NCBI GenBank assembly: GCA_030390025.1
Contig: CM059432.1
Coordinates: forward strand, 66,280,001-66,344,000
Direction of reading: 5' to 3'
Source: Squalus acanthias
Lineage: Eukaryota
Length of the DNA: 64,000 nt
The notes beneath the pieces are model-generated. The model ran no database searches. It was given only the letters and a program-made list of their open reading frames with translations, and was not told the DNA's origin. A program made the translations under genes and the position numbers. Of the stretch, positions 36,526 through 48,984 are shown piece after piece (positions within the stretch are counted from its first letter, which is position 1; each line of letters opens with the position of its first letter).

Positions 36526-39333
36526 TACTCTGCCTTTCTGTTTTTCCTACCGAAGTGGATAACTTCACATTTATCCACGTTATACTGCATCTGCCATGTA
36601 TTTGCCCACTCACTCAACTTGTCTAAATCGCCTTGAAGCCTCTTTGCATCCTCACAACTCACAATCCCACCTAGTTTTGTGTCGTCAGCAAACTTGGAAA
36701 TATTACATTTGGTTCCCTCATCCAAATCATTGATATATATTGTGAATAGTTGGGGCCCAAGCACTGATCCCTGCGGTACCCCACTAGTCACCGCCTGCCA
36801 CTCCGAAAAAGACCTATTTATTTCTACTCTCTGTTTCCTGTCTGTTAACCAATTTTCAATCCATGCCAGTATATTACACCCAATCCCATGTGCTTTAATT
36901 TTGCACACTAACCTCTTATGCGGGACTTTATCAAAGGCCTTCTGAAAATCCAAATACATCACATCCACTGGTTCTCCCTTATCTATTCTACCAGTTACAT
37001 CCTCAAAAAACTCCAGTAGGTTTGTCAAACACGATTTCCCTTTCATAAATCCATGTTGACTTTGTCTAATCCCGTTGATATTTTCTAAGTGTCCTGTTAT
37101 CACATCCTTTATAATAGACTCTAGCATTTTCCCTACTACTAATGTTAGGCTAACCAGTCTGTAGTTCCCTGTTTTCTCTCTCGCTCCTTTTTTAAATAGT
37201 GGGGTTATATTTGCCACCCTCCAATCTGCAGGAACTGTTCCATAATCTATAGAATTTTGGAAGATGACAACCAATGCATCCACTATTTCCATGGCTACCT
37301 CTTTTAGTACTCTGGGATGCAGGCCCTGGGGATTTATCGGATTTCAGTCCCATTAATTTCTCCAGCACTATTTTTTTACCAATACTAATTTCTTTTAATT
37401 CCTCCTTCTCACTAGACCCTTGGTTCCCTAGTATTTCTGGGAAGTTATTTGTGTCCTCTTCCGTGAAGACAGAACCAAAGTATATGTTTAATTGCTTAGC
37501 CATTTCCTTGTTCCCCATTATAAATTCTCCCGTTTCTGACTGTAAGGGACCTACATTTGTCTTCACTAATATTTTTCTTTTTACATACTTGTAGAAGCTT
37601 TTACAATCCGCTTTTATGTTCCTTGCAAGTTTACTCTCATATTCTATTTTTGCCCTCTTAATCAATCTCTTGGTCCTTTTTTGCTGAACTCTAAACTGCT
37701 CCCAATCCTCAGGCTTGCTTGATCTGATGAGGTTAGGAAAGGTGAGTACAATGCCACATTCAACTACATCCTGATGTGCGTGTCACCCCAACCCCCTCAC
37801 TCTGCCTTCCCAAGCCTACTCCTGCCGTCACTCTTCACACCAACCTACCTTGCAGGTGCACCCATCCCTCTCTCTCTATGTTCCTACTCACATCCCCATC
37901 TGACTAACCACCACTGACACTCACCCTCAGCCTAATGCAATCATAGAAAGTAACGCCACAGAAGGAGGCCATTTGGAATCCTCACGCCACTCCCTCATAG
38001 TCACCCTCTACAGATGTAGCCCATCCATCCCTTACACTCAATCCAGCACTCTCACTCAAATTTCTCTTCTTTCCCTCCTTGCACGAGAAGAGAGCACAGA
38101 AGAATAGGGAGAGACTGAGAACCGGAGGTGGCCCTCCAATTTAGACTACATTGTTGCCAGCAGAGGAGGAGGCGCTGGAATTAAGCGGAGTGGCAGAGCT
38201 GCTGGCGGTGGGAGATGGAGAGAGGGGAACCTCCCTGCAACCTGGTGACAGAATTAAATATCATACAGCCACATGGCATACAACAGTCACTCATGGTGAC
38301 TGATGTGAGCAGCCAGTGAAATATCATGATGTGAGTAATGGTAACGTTTCACATTCTTATCATAAGAGTTCTAATTCATGTCTTTACTCTCCCACAGGTC
38401 CATCAAGTGCCTTCCCACACACCCCCTCCCCCACTGTCCAGCCAGAAGAGGTAGACGACTCCTCAGAGGAAGCTCCATTCTCTGAGGGTGCACCGTCACC
38501 AGACCCATGTGTACCCAGCACCAGTGCAGATACGCACAAGTCGGTGGGTCCTGCGAGACATAGAGTAGTGTTGTCACCTGATGTCTCACACACCACAAGT
38601 GATCATGTGCAGATGGTGGAGACAGGGACAGCAGTGGAGAATCCTCGCTGGAGGGCGCAGGACGCTCCAAGCTCTGCTCAGCCGGATGCAATTGCTGAAC
38701 CTCGGAGGCCATCGACAAAGAGGTTGATCCTGGAGGAGCAGAAACAAATGCGCGAGGCTCTGGCAGCTTTTCCAGCCGCGATATGTGTGATAGTAGAGAG
38801 AATTGAGGAGTCCATCTCCAACATGAGCAGCACCATGTCGCAGGCAATGGCGACGATGTACTGTTCCCTGGAAAGGATGGCCAGCTGCATGGAGCAACTA
38901 ATGCGCCAGTCAAAGGAGTGCATGCTTGCTGTGAACAACAGCTTGCAGATTCTAATTGAACTCATCTCTAGAAGGGATACCAATGTAGACTTGGGTCTTC
39001 ATGGCCCCACTGATGTGCAGCAAGGTGCTCTCCAGCTCCTTGCTAGCAGGGAAGTGCAGGTGGCCCATGAGAGGGATGATGGTGAGAGGGCACATGGAAG
39101 TGGTGGTTCTACTCAAAGTGCTCCCACTTCTCCCCGTTACCTCCCCCTCAGTCAGAGCCCCACATGTTATCTCGTATCTCAGTGGCAGGAGGAGCAGTTT
39201 TTTCTGGGGCCCTCACAGGCTCCAAAATCCAGAGGACGTCCGCCAAAAATGTCAAAGCAGTCACAGCAGGGAAGTGAGCAGCCTGCCTCTACCTCTGCTG
39301 AAGCCACCGGGGGTGCACCTCATAGATGCACTC

Positions 39334-40048
39334 ATAGAATCATAGAATAATAGAATGGTTACAGCATGGAAGAAGGCCATTCGGCCCGTCGAGCCCGTGT
39401 CGGCTCTCTGCAAGAGCACTTCAACTTGTCCCACTCCCCCGCCCTTTCCCCGTAGCCCTGTAAATTTCTTTCCTTCAGATACTTATCCAACTCCCTTTTG
39501 AAAGCCGTGATTGAATCTGCCTCCACCACCCTTTCAGGCAGTGCATTTGAGATCTTAACCACTCGCTGCATAAAAAAGTTTATTCTTATATCGCCTTTGC
39601 TTGTTTTGCCAATCACCTTAAATCTGTGTCCTCTGGTTCGTGACCCTTCTGCCAATGGGAACAGTTTCCCTCTATCTACTCTGTCCAGACCGCTCATGAT
39701 TTGGAACACCTCTCTCAAATCTCCTCTCAATCTTCTCTGCTCCAAGGAGAACAACCCCAACTTCTCCAGCCTATCAAACGATCATTCCTGGAATCGTTCT
39801 CATAAGTATTTTCTGCACCCTCTCTAAGGTCTTCACATCCTTCCTAAAGAGTGGTGCCCAGAATTGGACACAGTACTCCACTTGGGGCCGAACCAGTGTT
39901 TTATACAGGTTCATCATAATTTCCACACTTTTGTACTCTGTACCTCTATTTATGAAGATCAGGATCCCGTAAGCCTTTTTAACTGCTTTCTCAACCTGCC
40001 CTACCACCTTCAACGATTTGTGCACACATATCCCTAGGTCTCGATGTT
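39334..40048 (-). mobile_element. 5'-truncated CR1 inserted at the end of Myb exon 3
   Basis: ORFs 39774-40112 and 39359-39760. TSD cactc (39329-39333, 40049-40053). (ATTCTATG)-type tail. Confidence 0.93.
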
Positions 40049-40371
40049 CACTCGGAAAAGAAAAATCACACAATCGTAAATGCACAAAGGTATGCACAAG
40101 GGGGTTTGCCAAAATGTTAGTGTTAAGTTTCAGTTCTATTTATGACGCACATAAATTTATTTCTTTGCACCACTTTCCCGTCTTGTCCATGTTTGCCTGT
40201 TACCTGGGAAGTGGCCTTGTCACTTGGAGTGTATGGTGAAACATTACTTAACCTCGAGCAATGGGTTTGTGTGTAACAGGAATAGTTTGGTTGTTTTAGG
40301 ACTGCTTTGTGGTGTTGATGGGTGGGGGGAAAGTTGGAAATCTGGGAGCCAGACGGGTACACTGGTGCAAC

Positions 40372-41982
40372 TTAACTAAATCGAGCCATTATGAGGCTGT
40401 CCCAGGCCTCTGAGGCAGCAATGTGCACTGCTGCTGGTGACATGTCCACCTCAGATTCCTCTTCCTCCTCCTCCTCCTTGTCCTCCTCCTCGTTTTCCAC
40501 CTGTTCCTCCTCCTCCTCCTCCTCCACCAAAGAGGCTGTGCGCTCTGCGCCTTGCTCCTCTTGCAGCTCCAATCCTCGCTGCTGCGCTATGTTGTGCAGC
40601 GTGCAGCATACAATGATAATTCTGGAGACCCTGGCTGATGCGTACTGAAGGGCCCCTCCAGATCTGTCAAGGCATCTGAAGCGCATCTTCAGCATGCTGA
40701 TTGCTTGCTCCATTACACATCTGGTTGCCATGTGGCTTTCATTATAGCCTCATTCCTTGGCCTCCGCGAGGGTATTATCAGCTACGTCTTCAATGGATAG
40801 CTCTTGTTTCCAAGCAGCCAGCCAATAAATCTGTTTGGAGATGCAAAGAGCAGAGGGAGAGTGAACTGAAGCAGGACCAAAGAGTCATGACAGCTCTCTG
40901 GGAATCTGGCACACACATGCATGATGATCTTTTTGTGGTTGCAGACGAGCTGCACATTGAAGGAATGGAAGTCTTTCCGGTTCACGAACACTCCTGGGTG
41001 ATGATGGGGTGCCTTGATGGCCACATGTGTGCAGTCGATGACGCCCTGCACCTATGAGAAGCCAGTCAGAGCTGCAAAGCCAAGCGCCCGCTCAGTCACA
41101 CTGGCTTCATCAGTGGCAAAGTGTACATAAGTGCCTGACTTGTGAAACATGGCATTGGTCACCTGGGTGATGCATTTGTGGGCGGCCGACTGCGAGATCC
41201 TGCAAATGTCTCCTGAAGATCACTTCAAGGAGCCTGAGGCAAAGAAGTTGAGGACATAGAAACATAGAAACATATCTAGGAGCAGGAGTAGGTCATTCGG
41301 CCCGTCGAGCCTGCTCCGCCATTCAATACGATCATGGCTGATCATCCAAATCCAGTACCCTGTCCCTGCTTTAATCCCCACAATACACATATCCCACCCT
41401 ACCCCCGTAACCCCACGTATTTAATTCCACCTAACATATCCCATCCTATCCCCATAACCCCACATATTTAATCCCCCCTAACACTAAGGGTCAATTTATC
41501 ATAGCCAAATCAACCTAACCCACACATTTTTGGACTGTGGGAGGAAACCGGAGCACCCGGAGGAAACCCACGCAGACACGGGGAGAATGTGCAAACTCCA
41601 CACAGACAGTCACCCGAGGTCAGATTCGAACCCGGGTCTCTGGCGCTGTGAGGCGGTGACTTTGACAGTCGCTGGTAAGGCATGACCACCAGGTACTCTG
41701 GGCAGCAGGTCTTCTTCCAGCAAGCTACAAATGTCTGCCACGACCTGGCGAGATAGCCTGAGCCTCCTGAAGCAGTGCTGTTCAGTCATGTCCAGGAAGC
41801 TCATCCTCTGCCTGTATACCCTGTATTGGGGGTATCGCCTCCAGCGAGGTGCACCCCTGTGCTGATCCCCTCTCTCCTGTGGAGCATCAGATCGCTGAGG
41901 AGAAGGCTGCTGGTATTGCTGGTGTTGTTGGTGCTGGGTCTGAATCTGAGGTCCAAGGTGAAACAGCATAAGCGACACCCAT
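40372..41982 (-). pseudogene. Harbinger DDE transposase (HARBI1-like), with frameshift, stops and a SINE insertion
   Basis: [77 protein letters not shown] (N where the second catalytic D is expected), EQAISMLKMRFRCLDRSGGALQY, CCTLHN and an E-rich tail. Confidence 0.92.
41255..41654 (-). mobile_element. V-SINE with internal tandem duplication and CR1-derived tail
   Basis: B box ggttcgaatc, V-domain, duplicated ~47-bp unit, tail matching 720-833. Confidence 0.9.
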
Positions 41983-42285
41983 GCTGATCTGATAGATGCC
42001 AGGTAAAGTGGAGATCAGAGGCACAATCCTCCAATGTAGTGAGAGTGACTTGCAGTGTAGTGAGAGTGGCTTCCGAGGTTGCAGAAATCACCTGCAAAGT
42101 CCTGAAAGCAAAATCTCTGCACAAATTCCCTTAGGCAAGCCAATAGGTGTAAGGTGTGTGTATTTTTGTGCTTTTTCCAGCTGTCACTTAATAAACTCGC
42201 ACAATAGCAACTGAGCTCTCGCCTTGCCTTCACGGGCAAGGTTCAGGAAGTCCATAAATCCTGTGCACAAGCAGTAAAAGGTAAA

Positions 42286-43092
42286 GAGGGAAAAATTTGG
42301 TGTCGCCCATTTTGGGCCGTTAATATCGGCCGGGCACAGAGTTTAGCACCCGGCGCTAATTATCACCTCCGACTGCAAAATTCGCCTCTATCACCCCTGG
42401 TGGTGATTTGAGCACTAAATCAACGCTACACACCTCTCTTAAGGCGCTAACGTCGGGGAGCGAGGCGCTACCTCAGAACACTACTGAAACTCAGACGATG
42501 TCAGTTACCATGGAAGCCAGACAGACTGGCACTGTCCAGTTCTTAAAGAGGAGGGGCCATCTTGCTGGCCAGCCACACCCTGCTCATTGCAGCCTTGAAT
42601 CTCGGCCTGGAGAGACATCTAAAGCAATTGTGTTGGAACCACTAATGGATAGGCCCATGGAAAGAGCTCGGCACTGAGGAACCTCAAAAGTGGTGCTGAG
42701 GACCAAAACTCCTTTGGACAGCGTTAAATCTTTCCAGACGACTCTTTCCCTCTCAACCTGCAAGTACCAAAAATTTTGCCATCAAGAAAAAGCAGGAAGC
42801 GCATGCCTTTAAACAGCGTTCCCCCAGCCCCTTCCTGACTTGGAAACGTTCCCCTCTACCTGTCGTTCCTAGCGGCAGGCGCTAAGGCAGGGGGCACGTT
42901 GCACGCTCGACTGACATCACGATCTGCGGGCACAGAAGATCGTGACAGTAGCGTTTAGCGCCACCGCAAAACGACTGGTCAATTTCGCAGGCGGTGCTAA
43001 AATCGTTGCGCTCGGGCGCTAAGTTCCTAGCGCCCCGTTAGCACCCCCCGGAGGCACTAACAGGAGGCACTAACCAACCGAATTTTTCTCCC
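42286..43092. mobile_element. Harbinger MITE of the GC-rich family
   Basis: TIR gagggaaaaatt / aatttttctccc, AAA on both flanks, subterminal regions homologous to 10525-11255 and 26030-28269. Confidence 0.85.
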
Positions 43093-44208
43093 AAAACCTC
43101 ACATTAAAAAGCCCCTTAAGGGTCTCTCAACAAACTGCTAAGTACTTCAATGAGGTCGCCCGCCTCTCCCGAGCGGTTCCGTGGCATGCTGGGAAACAGG
43201 CCCGAGTTAACTGCAGAAGTCAGCGGCTGAAGGTGTGTACCCGATGCACTGCCAATTTCAGCACTTTTAACTTCTGACCCGCTCGCCAACCTGCACTTTC
43301 TGCAATGTGAAAATTCTGGCCTTAGAGATTCGTGGACAACTGTCCTTGCTGTAAACAATTTAATGTAGGAATCTGAAATTCGTTCTGCTTATAACACACA
43401 AGTCTGCAAAATAAGACATCAGAATATGTGTTTTTTATCTGTTTTATTTTCTTTGCAAGTACATTTCTCTGCTCAGCTGCAAAGCCATAAAAATTTCAGC
43501 TATGAGAACTGTTCTGATGGAACTGATGGTCCCAAAGGATTGGAGCTTACTCCATGTGATCTCCATGGCACTTGTCTTCAGTTAAACGTTTAATACTGCA
43601 TCCATCCATTTAGATATTCTTCATTCATTTAAACTTTCAACACTCCCAGCTTAGAGGTATGTGGTATTTACACTAGCTATAACTCTAGTTGAATAATTAC
43701 TAGTTGTAATGTTGGCGAATGGAGGCATGGACTGTAAAATTAAACACTTTAAAGAAAATTACCCTCATTACTGTACACTTCACAGAAAAGGTTTCCATTG
43801 AAATGAATTGGGAAAATGCTGGACTTCTGAAAACCTATATATTTGAAAGGGGGAGACACTTAAGTGGAGTAAACTGAACAAGGCTGATGGATACTTGGCT
43901 GTCACACTTTGCTCGCCTGTACTCTGTACTACCTCTCAACCTAAAAGAAATTACTGCATGAAATAATTCATGTAAATCTGTACTGCAACAGACAAAGCCA
44001 TGAACACTTTCTATGAATACAGACTAGTGCATTCAATACCATGGACCCTGATATGCAAATCAAAAATTTTCATAATAGTTCTGTACTGACAATATTCTTG
44101 TCTAATTTTTCACAATCTAGAATGCTAATCTTTCCTAGGGCTAAAGTGGACCTTTATCAAAATTCATGATCTCACCATAACTCATCTGCCTACCGCAGTG
44201 AAACATAT

Positions 44209-45675
44209 TGTCTGGATTTTGCGGTAGAAATAATGGTGAGGCTATTAGCGCTCACCATGATTAAAGAGTAAATCGGACAGTAATTTCCAGAAACCACACA
44301 TGCGCAGTTAAACACGAAAATCAGGAAGTTGCTGTCCGAGGTGCCCTGCTCCTCCAAAACCGGTATCTCGCCGAGAGACTTGCCATTAAAATACATGGAA
44401 CACCGTGAAGTTGGGGTACTTACGTGATATATACCATTAAACATGCCAGAAAAAGTTAGGGCTTGTCCATTCAAGTGTGAGTGAAATTTTAACAGGATGA
44501 TAAATCTTAATTACAGCCAAACAACCTCTCTAGCACTGGAAATTAACTTTTACAAGTATGGTGTATCATTCCTTCAAATTTTAATTATTGCTGGAGATTT
44601 TAAAGTCTAAAAATTTAATAAATGTTTTTAAAATTCTTTTTCCTGTCTCTTTTATCTCTCTCAGTTAATTCCATCTTTCTTTCCCTCTCTTTATTTTGCT
44701 TTCTGTACATGCTTTGGCATTAAATTAACTATTCTAACTGAGACTTCCTGGACCAGGCTCTGCGGGCTGGATTTTCGTGGGGAAGGCAGGTTGGGGGTGG
44801 GGGGCTCCAATGCGGGCGGGAAATCCAGGAGAATGGGTTTCCTGCAGGCCCTGCCGATTTTAACAGCAGGGCCTGGTTTGCATCTGAAGCCTCTGTTTCC
44901 CGCCCGCAGCCGGCCAGATGGAGAGGCTGACTGGCTCCGGGCGGGTAGGCCTGCAGCACTAGGCTGCACAGTCGAGGGAGGGAAGGATCATGTGGGGACC
45001 GGTGCCAGCCTCCAGGGGACCAGGTGAGTGGGTGAGGGAAGATCGTGGCCATCGAGGGACCGGGATCAGGGAGGGAAGAAGGCCACCACTGTCGAGGGAC
45101 CAGGGCGGGAGGGGGGGTGGGAGGAGAGGGAAGAAAATCACGGTCGGCCACCGGAGGATCGTGGCCGGCCTGTTGCTGATCGGGGTGGGGGGAGGGGGGC
45201 GGGTCCAGGAAGGTGATTGGAGGCCTCGTGGGGGATGGGCTAGGCAGGGACCCTGGATCCAGAAGGTAGGTGTAAATGTACTTACATCCTGGATGCAGCT
45301 TTGATGTAACTGCCGGGTTTTACAAATTGTGTAAAACCTGTCCAGCTGCAGTTAAAAACAAAATGTAGGTTAAAGGAGAGGCTTCCAGCCTCATTGTAAT
45401 ATTTAAATTAACGTCCCGCCTCCGGGAAGTGAGTTGGCTGCCCACCCCGTCCCGCCCCCGCCCCGTTCCTGTCCCCGTCCCTAGAAGTGGGCAGGTTGGA
45501 GGCAGGTTCAGGTTGGGATTCAGATTTTTAACAATTTAACTATGCCCCATGCTCCAAACCCACCCATTTTGTTCGGTTAAAATTGCCCCCTGCGTGGCTC
45601 AGTAAAGATTCTTCAGTCTGATTGGTTAAGGAGGGACACAGTTGCTTGCCCTGTTCACACAGGGGCAAGAGCTCT
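44209..45675. mobile_element. Truncated Harbinger-like MITE hosting another MITE
   Basis: Starts tgtctggattttgc. Flanks rejoin as gctctgcgtggctcag across 44764-45590. Right end is lost at a CR1 junction. Confidence 0.5.
44764..45590. mobile_element. G-rich Harbinger-type MITE
   Basis: TIR gggctggatttt / aaaattgccccc. TSD TGC (44761-44763, 45591-45593). Confidence 0.8.
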
Positions 45676-45679
45676 ATTT

Positions 45680-47280
45680 GCCAAAAAAAAAGCCATGGAC
45701 GACTGAAGAGGTAAGAGACAACATCAAACTAAAAGAAAAAGCGTACAAAAATGCAAAAAATAGCACAGATCCTGACGAATGGGAAAGACACAAAGAACAG
45801 CAAAGGGTGACAAAACAGATAGTAAGAGCTACAAGAAGGGTGTATGAAAAGAAACTTGCAAGGGATATCAAAATCAACATAAAAAACGTTAAAGAGGATG
45901 GAGAGGAGCAACATTGTCCCTTGAAAACTGATAACGGTGATATTGTCAATGATAATATGGAAATGGCGGACATGTTGAATAATTACTTTGCATCAGTATT
46001 TGCAGTAGAGGAAGAGGATAGCATGCCGGACATCCCAAGGAAACTAATATTGAATCAGAGACAGGGACTCAACAAAATTAACGTAAGCAAAATAACAGTA
46101 ATGAAGAAAATAATGGCAGTAAAGAGTGACAAATCCCCAGGACCAGATGGTTTCCATCTCAGGGCTTAAAAGGAAGTAGGTGAGCACATTGCAGATGCAC
46201 TAACTATAATCTTCCAAAGTTCTCTCGATTCAGGAACCGTTCCTTTAGCTTGGAATATTACGCATGTCACTCCGCTATTTAAGAATGGTGAGAGAGGGAA
46301 ACCAGGGAATTATAGACCAGTTAGCCTCACACCTGTTGTCAGGAAATTACTGGAGTCTATACTTAAGGATAGGATGACTGAAAACCTTGAAAATTTCCAG
46401 CTGATCAGAGAGAGCCAGCGTGTATTTGTAAAAGGTAGGTCAAGCCTGATAAACCTGACTGAATTATTTGAAGAGGTGACTAAAGTAGTAGACAGGGGAA
46501 TGTCTATGGATGTTATTTATATGGACTTCCAGAAGACATTTGATAAAGTACCTCATAAGAGATTGTAAACTAAGGTTGAATTCCATGGAATTGAGGGCAA
46601 ATTATTGATCTGGTTAGGAAATTGGCTAAGCGGCAGGAGACAGAGAGTAAGGATAATGGGCAGGTACTCTAATTGGCAGGAGGTGACTAGTGGTGTCCCG
46701 CAAGAATCTGTGTTGGGGCCTCAACTATTCACTGCATTTATTAATGACTTAGATGATGGGATATAAAGTCATATATCCAAATTTGCCGATGACACAAAGA
46801 CAGGCGGCATTGTAGGCAGTGTAGATGAATGCATAAAATTACAAAGAGATATTGATAGATTAAGTGAATGGGCAAAACTGTGGCAAATGGATTTCAATGT
46901 AAGCAAATGCGAGGTCACCCACTTTGGAACTAAAAAGGGAAGAACAGGGTACTTTCTAAATGGTGAAAAGCTAAAAACAGTGGATGTCCCAAGAAACTTG
47001 GGGGTCCAGGTACATAGATCATTAAAATGTCTTAAAAAGGTTCCGAAAATAATCAAAAAGGCTGATGGAATGCTGACCTGTATACCTAGCGGACTAGAAT
47101 ACGAGGAGATAGAAGTTATGCTGCAGCTATACAAAGCCCTGGTTAGACTACACCTGGAGTACTGTGAGCAGTTCTGGGCACAACACCTTAGGAAGGATAT
47201 ATTGGCCTTGGAGGGAGTGCAGCGTAGATTTACCAGAATGATACCCGGATTCCAGGGGTTAAATTACGAGGAGAGATTTT
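45680..47280 (+). mobile_element. Degenerate CR1 ORF2 fragment
   Basis: KSPGPDG, NYRPVSLT, YMDFQKTFDKVPH, KFADDTK and LYKALVRLHLEYC motifs. Confidence 0.92.
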
Positions 47281-47284
47281 TTTA

Positions 47285-47765
47285 AATGTTTTATTATTTG
47301 TTTATGGGATGTGGGCGTCGCTGGCAAGGCCAGCATTTACTGCCCATCCCTAATTGCCCTTGAGAAGGTGGTGGTGAGCCGCCTTCTTGAACCGCTGCAG
47401 TCCGTGTGGTGAAGGTACTCCCACAGTGCTGTTAGGTAGGGAGTTCCAGGATTTTGACCCAGCGACGATGAAGGATCGGCGATATACTTCTAAGTCAGGA
47501 TGGTGTGTGACTTGGAGGGGAACTTGGAGGTGGTGGTGTTCCCATGCATCTGCTGCCCTTCTTGTCCTTCTAGGTGGATGAGGTTGTGGGTTTGGGAGGT
47601 GCTGCGAAGAAACCTTGACGAGTTGCTGCAGTGCATCTTGTAGATAGTACACACTGCAGCCATGGTACGCCGGTGGTGGAGGGAGTGAATGTTTAAGGTG
47701 GTAGATGGGGTGGCAATCAAGCGGGCTGCTTTGTCCCGGATGGTGTCAAGCTTCTTGAGTGTTGA
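47285..47765 (-). mobile_element. LINE 3' end (same family as 24630-24945)
   Basis: LNIHSLHHRR...SWNSLPNSTVGVPSPHGLQRFKKAAHHHLLKGN*. Confidence 0.85.
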
Positions 47766-48984
47766 ATGAATTAAAAATAAGAATTTAAAAAAATCCTGTC
47801 AGATGCACCTCTGATAAGCCCACCAAGGACCTAGATCTGCTAAGAACAGGTGTAGGCTCCATTCTGGGCAGAGTGAAGGCCCCGACAGGAAAAAACACAA
47901 CAGTGATTGATACCAAAGTGGTGAATTGCCATTGCAGACTGGGCCTTCTTTAATAATTCAACTGATAAAGTTTGGTCCACTTTTAACTCCAGGCGAATCC
48001 AACCTCTGGCTCCCCCCTTTGGAGCAGCAGGGAGCTACAAGATTCCAATGTCTCGGTGTGGTGAGCACCACTGTTGCACTGCTACAGGTGTGGATGTCTA
48101 CCCCTATTATTTAAATAATCTCATCCCTTGGATTTAGGGGTAGGGTCACAGCCAGGTGAAAGAGGCGTGCAAAAGTTCCACCCCACAGCACTTCCGAACT
48201 TGTAGTCTGTTATTTTTACTAGTGATAAATTAAAGATCATCCCAAAAAGAAGGGAGAGGTTAAAAGATATTTTTTTTTACACAAAAGGTTGTTAGGACAT
48301 GGAATGTTCTAGCAGAAACAATGATAGAAACAGAATCCAAAATAGTTTTTAACAGAGAAGTGGATAAATATTTGAAAAATATTTTTTTGAACGGAATTGG
48401 ATGAAGTGGATCGTTCTTTCAGGCAGCTAGCACAGACATGATGGGACAAAGGGTCTCCTGTGCTATGAAATTCTATGATAGCTGTCTCTTCTAAAATTCA
48501 ATTAGTATGCCAAGAAGATCACAAAATAAAGATGAAAGAGGAAAGCATTCAGTTCATCCTATGTTATCCATCTGAAAAGACCCTACAGTCCCTCCATCAC
48601 AGCATGCGACTGTTTCTTATATAATTCCAGGGTTTTCCCTTCACGACTGTATCTGAACGTCCAATCCACGTGTCGATCGCTCTTTGTAAGAAGAATTTCC
48701 TGACATCAGTCCCAAATTTGTCTTTCACCAGATTAAAGTTGTGTCTGCTTGTGCTGCTGTTAGAATGAATCTTCAAATTAAACCCTAAGTTGTTTCTTTT
48801 CAAAGCAGGGGTCTAAATTTTTCTAGTCTTTACTCAAAGGTCAGTCCTACAAAACTGTGTCACTGTGAGCTGAAGGACGGGGCAGATAAGTGAACTGTTT
48901 TTCTTCACTAAAACCCAACAATTCATTACTAGATTGTTGCTTTCACACCTACCCCCGCCACCCACCACTTACAAAAAAATTTTT

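Larger units (their letters stand above)
34970..37719 (-). mobile_element. 5'-truncated CR1 inserted in Myb exon 1
   Basis: ORFs 37192-37665, 36474-37292, 35760-36140 and 35408-35863 form the RT and C-terminus. Tail (TTTCTATG)n. Possible TSD tgat (34966-34969, 37720-37723). Confidence 0.95.
34745..40079 (+). pseudogene. Harbinger Myb/SANT-like gene: exon 1 34745-34969 + 37724-37741, exon 2 38085-38244, exon 3 38398-39333 + 40054-40079
   Basis: APRFSDSFLEILL...WLEIAQEV...RKRFND|LMRLGK|GTGAGT across a CR1 insert. Exon 2 has its acceptor mutated (ttgcac) and an internal TAG. Exon 3 is ORF 38316-39350 from GPSSAF and ends ...RCTRKRKITQS* after removing the second CR1. Confidence 0.85.
34385..43321 (+). 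mobile_element. Full-length degenerate autonomous-type PIF/Harbinger transposon with nested insertions
   Basis: TSD TTA (34382-34384, 43322-43324). TIRs gggcaaaatttt / aaaattctggcc. Convergent Myb/SANT (+) and DDE nuclease (-) genes. Confidence 0.88.

Noticed and set aside
38316..39350. 344-aa ORF as a stand-alone host gene
   Set aside because: Its start is in intron sequence and its end runs into a CR1 tail. It is exon 3 of the Harbinger Myb gene.
40372..41982. Host HARBI1 gene
   Set aside because: It has stops, a frameshift, a SINE insertion and a D-to-N change at a catalytic position, and lies inside TIR/TSD boundaries with its Myb partner. It is a transposon copy.
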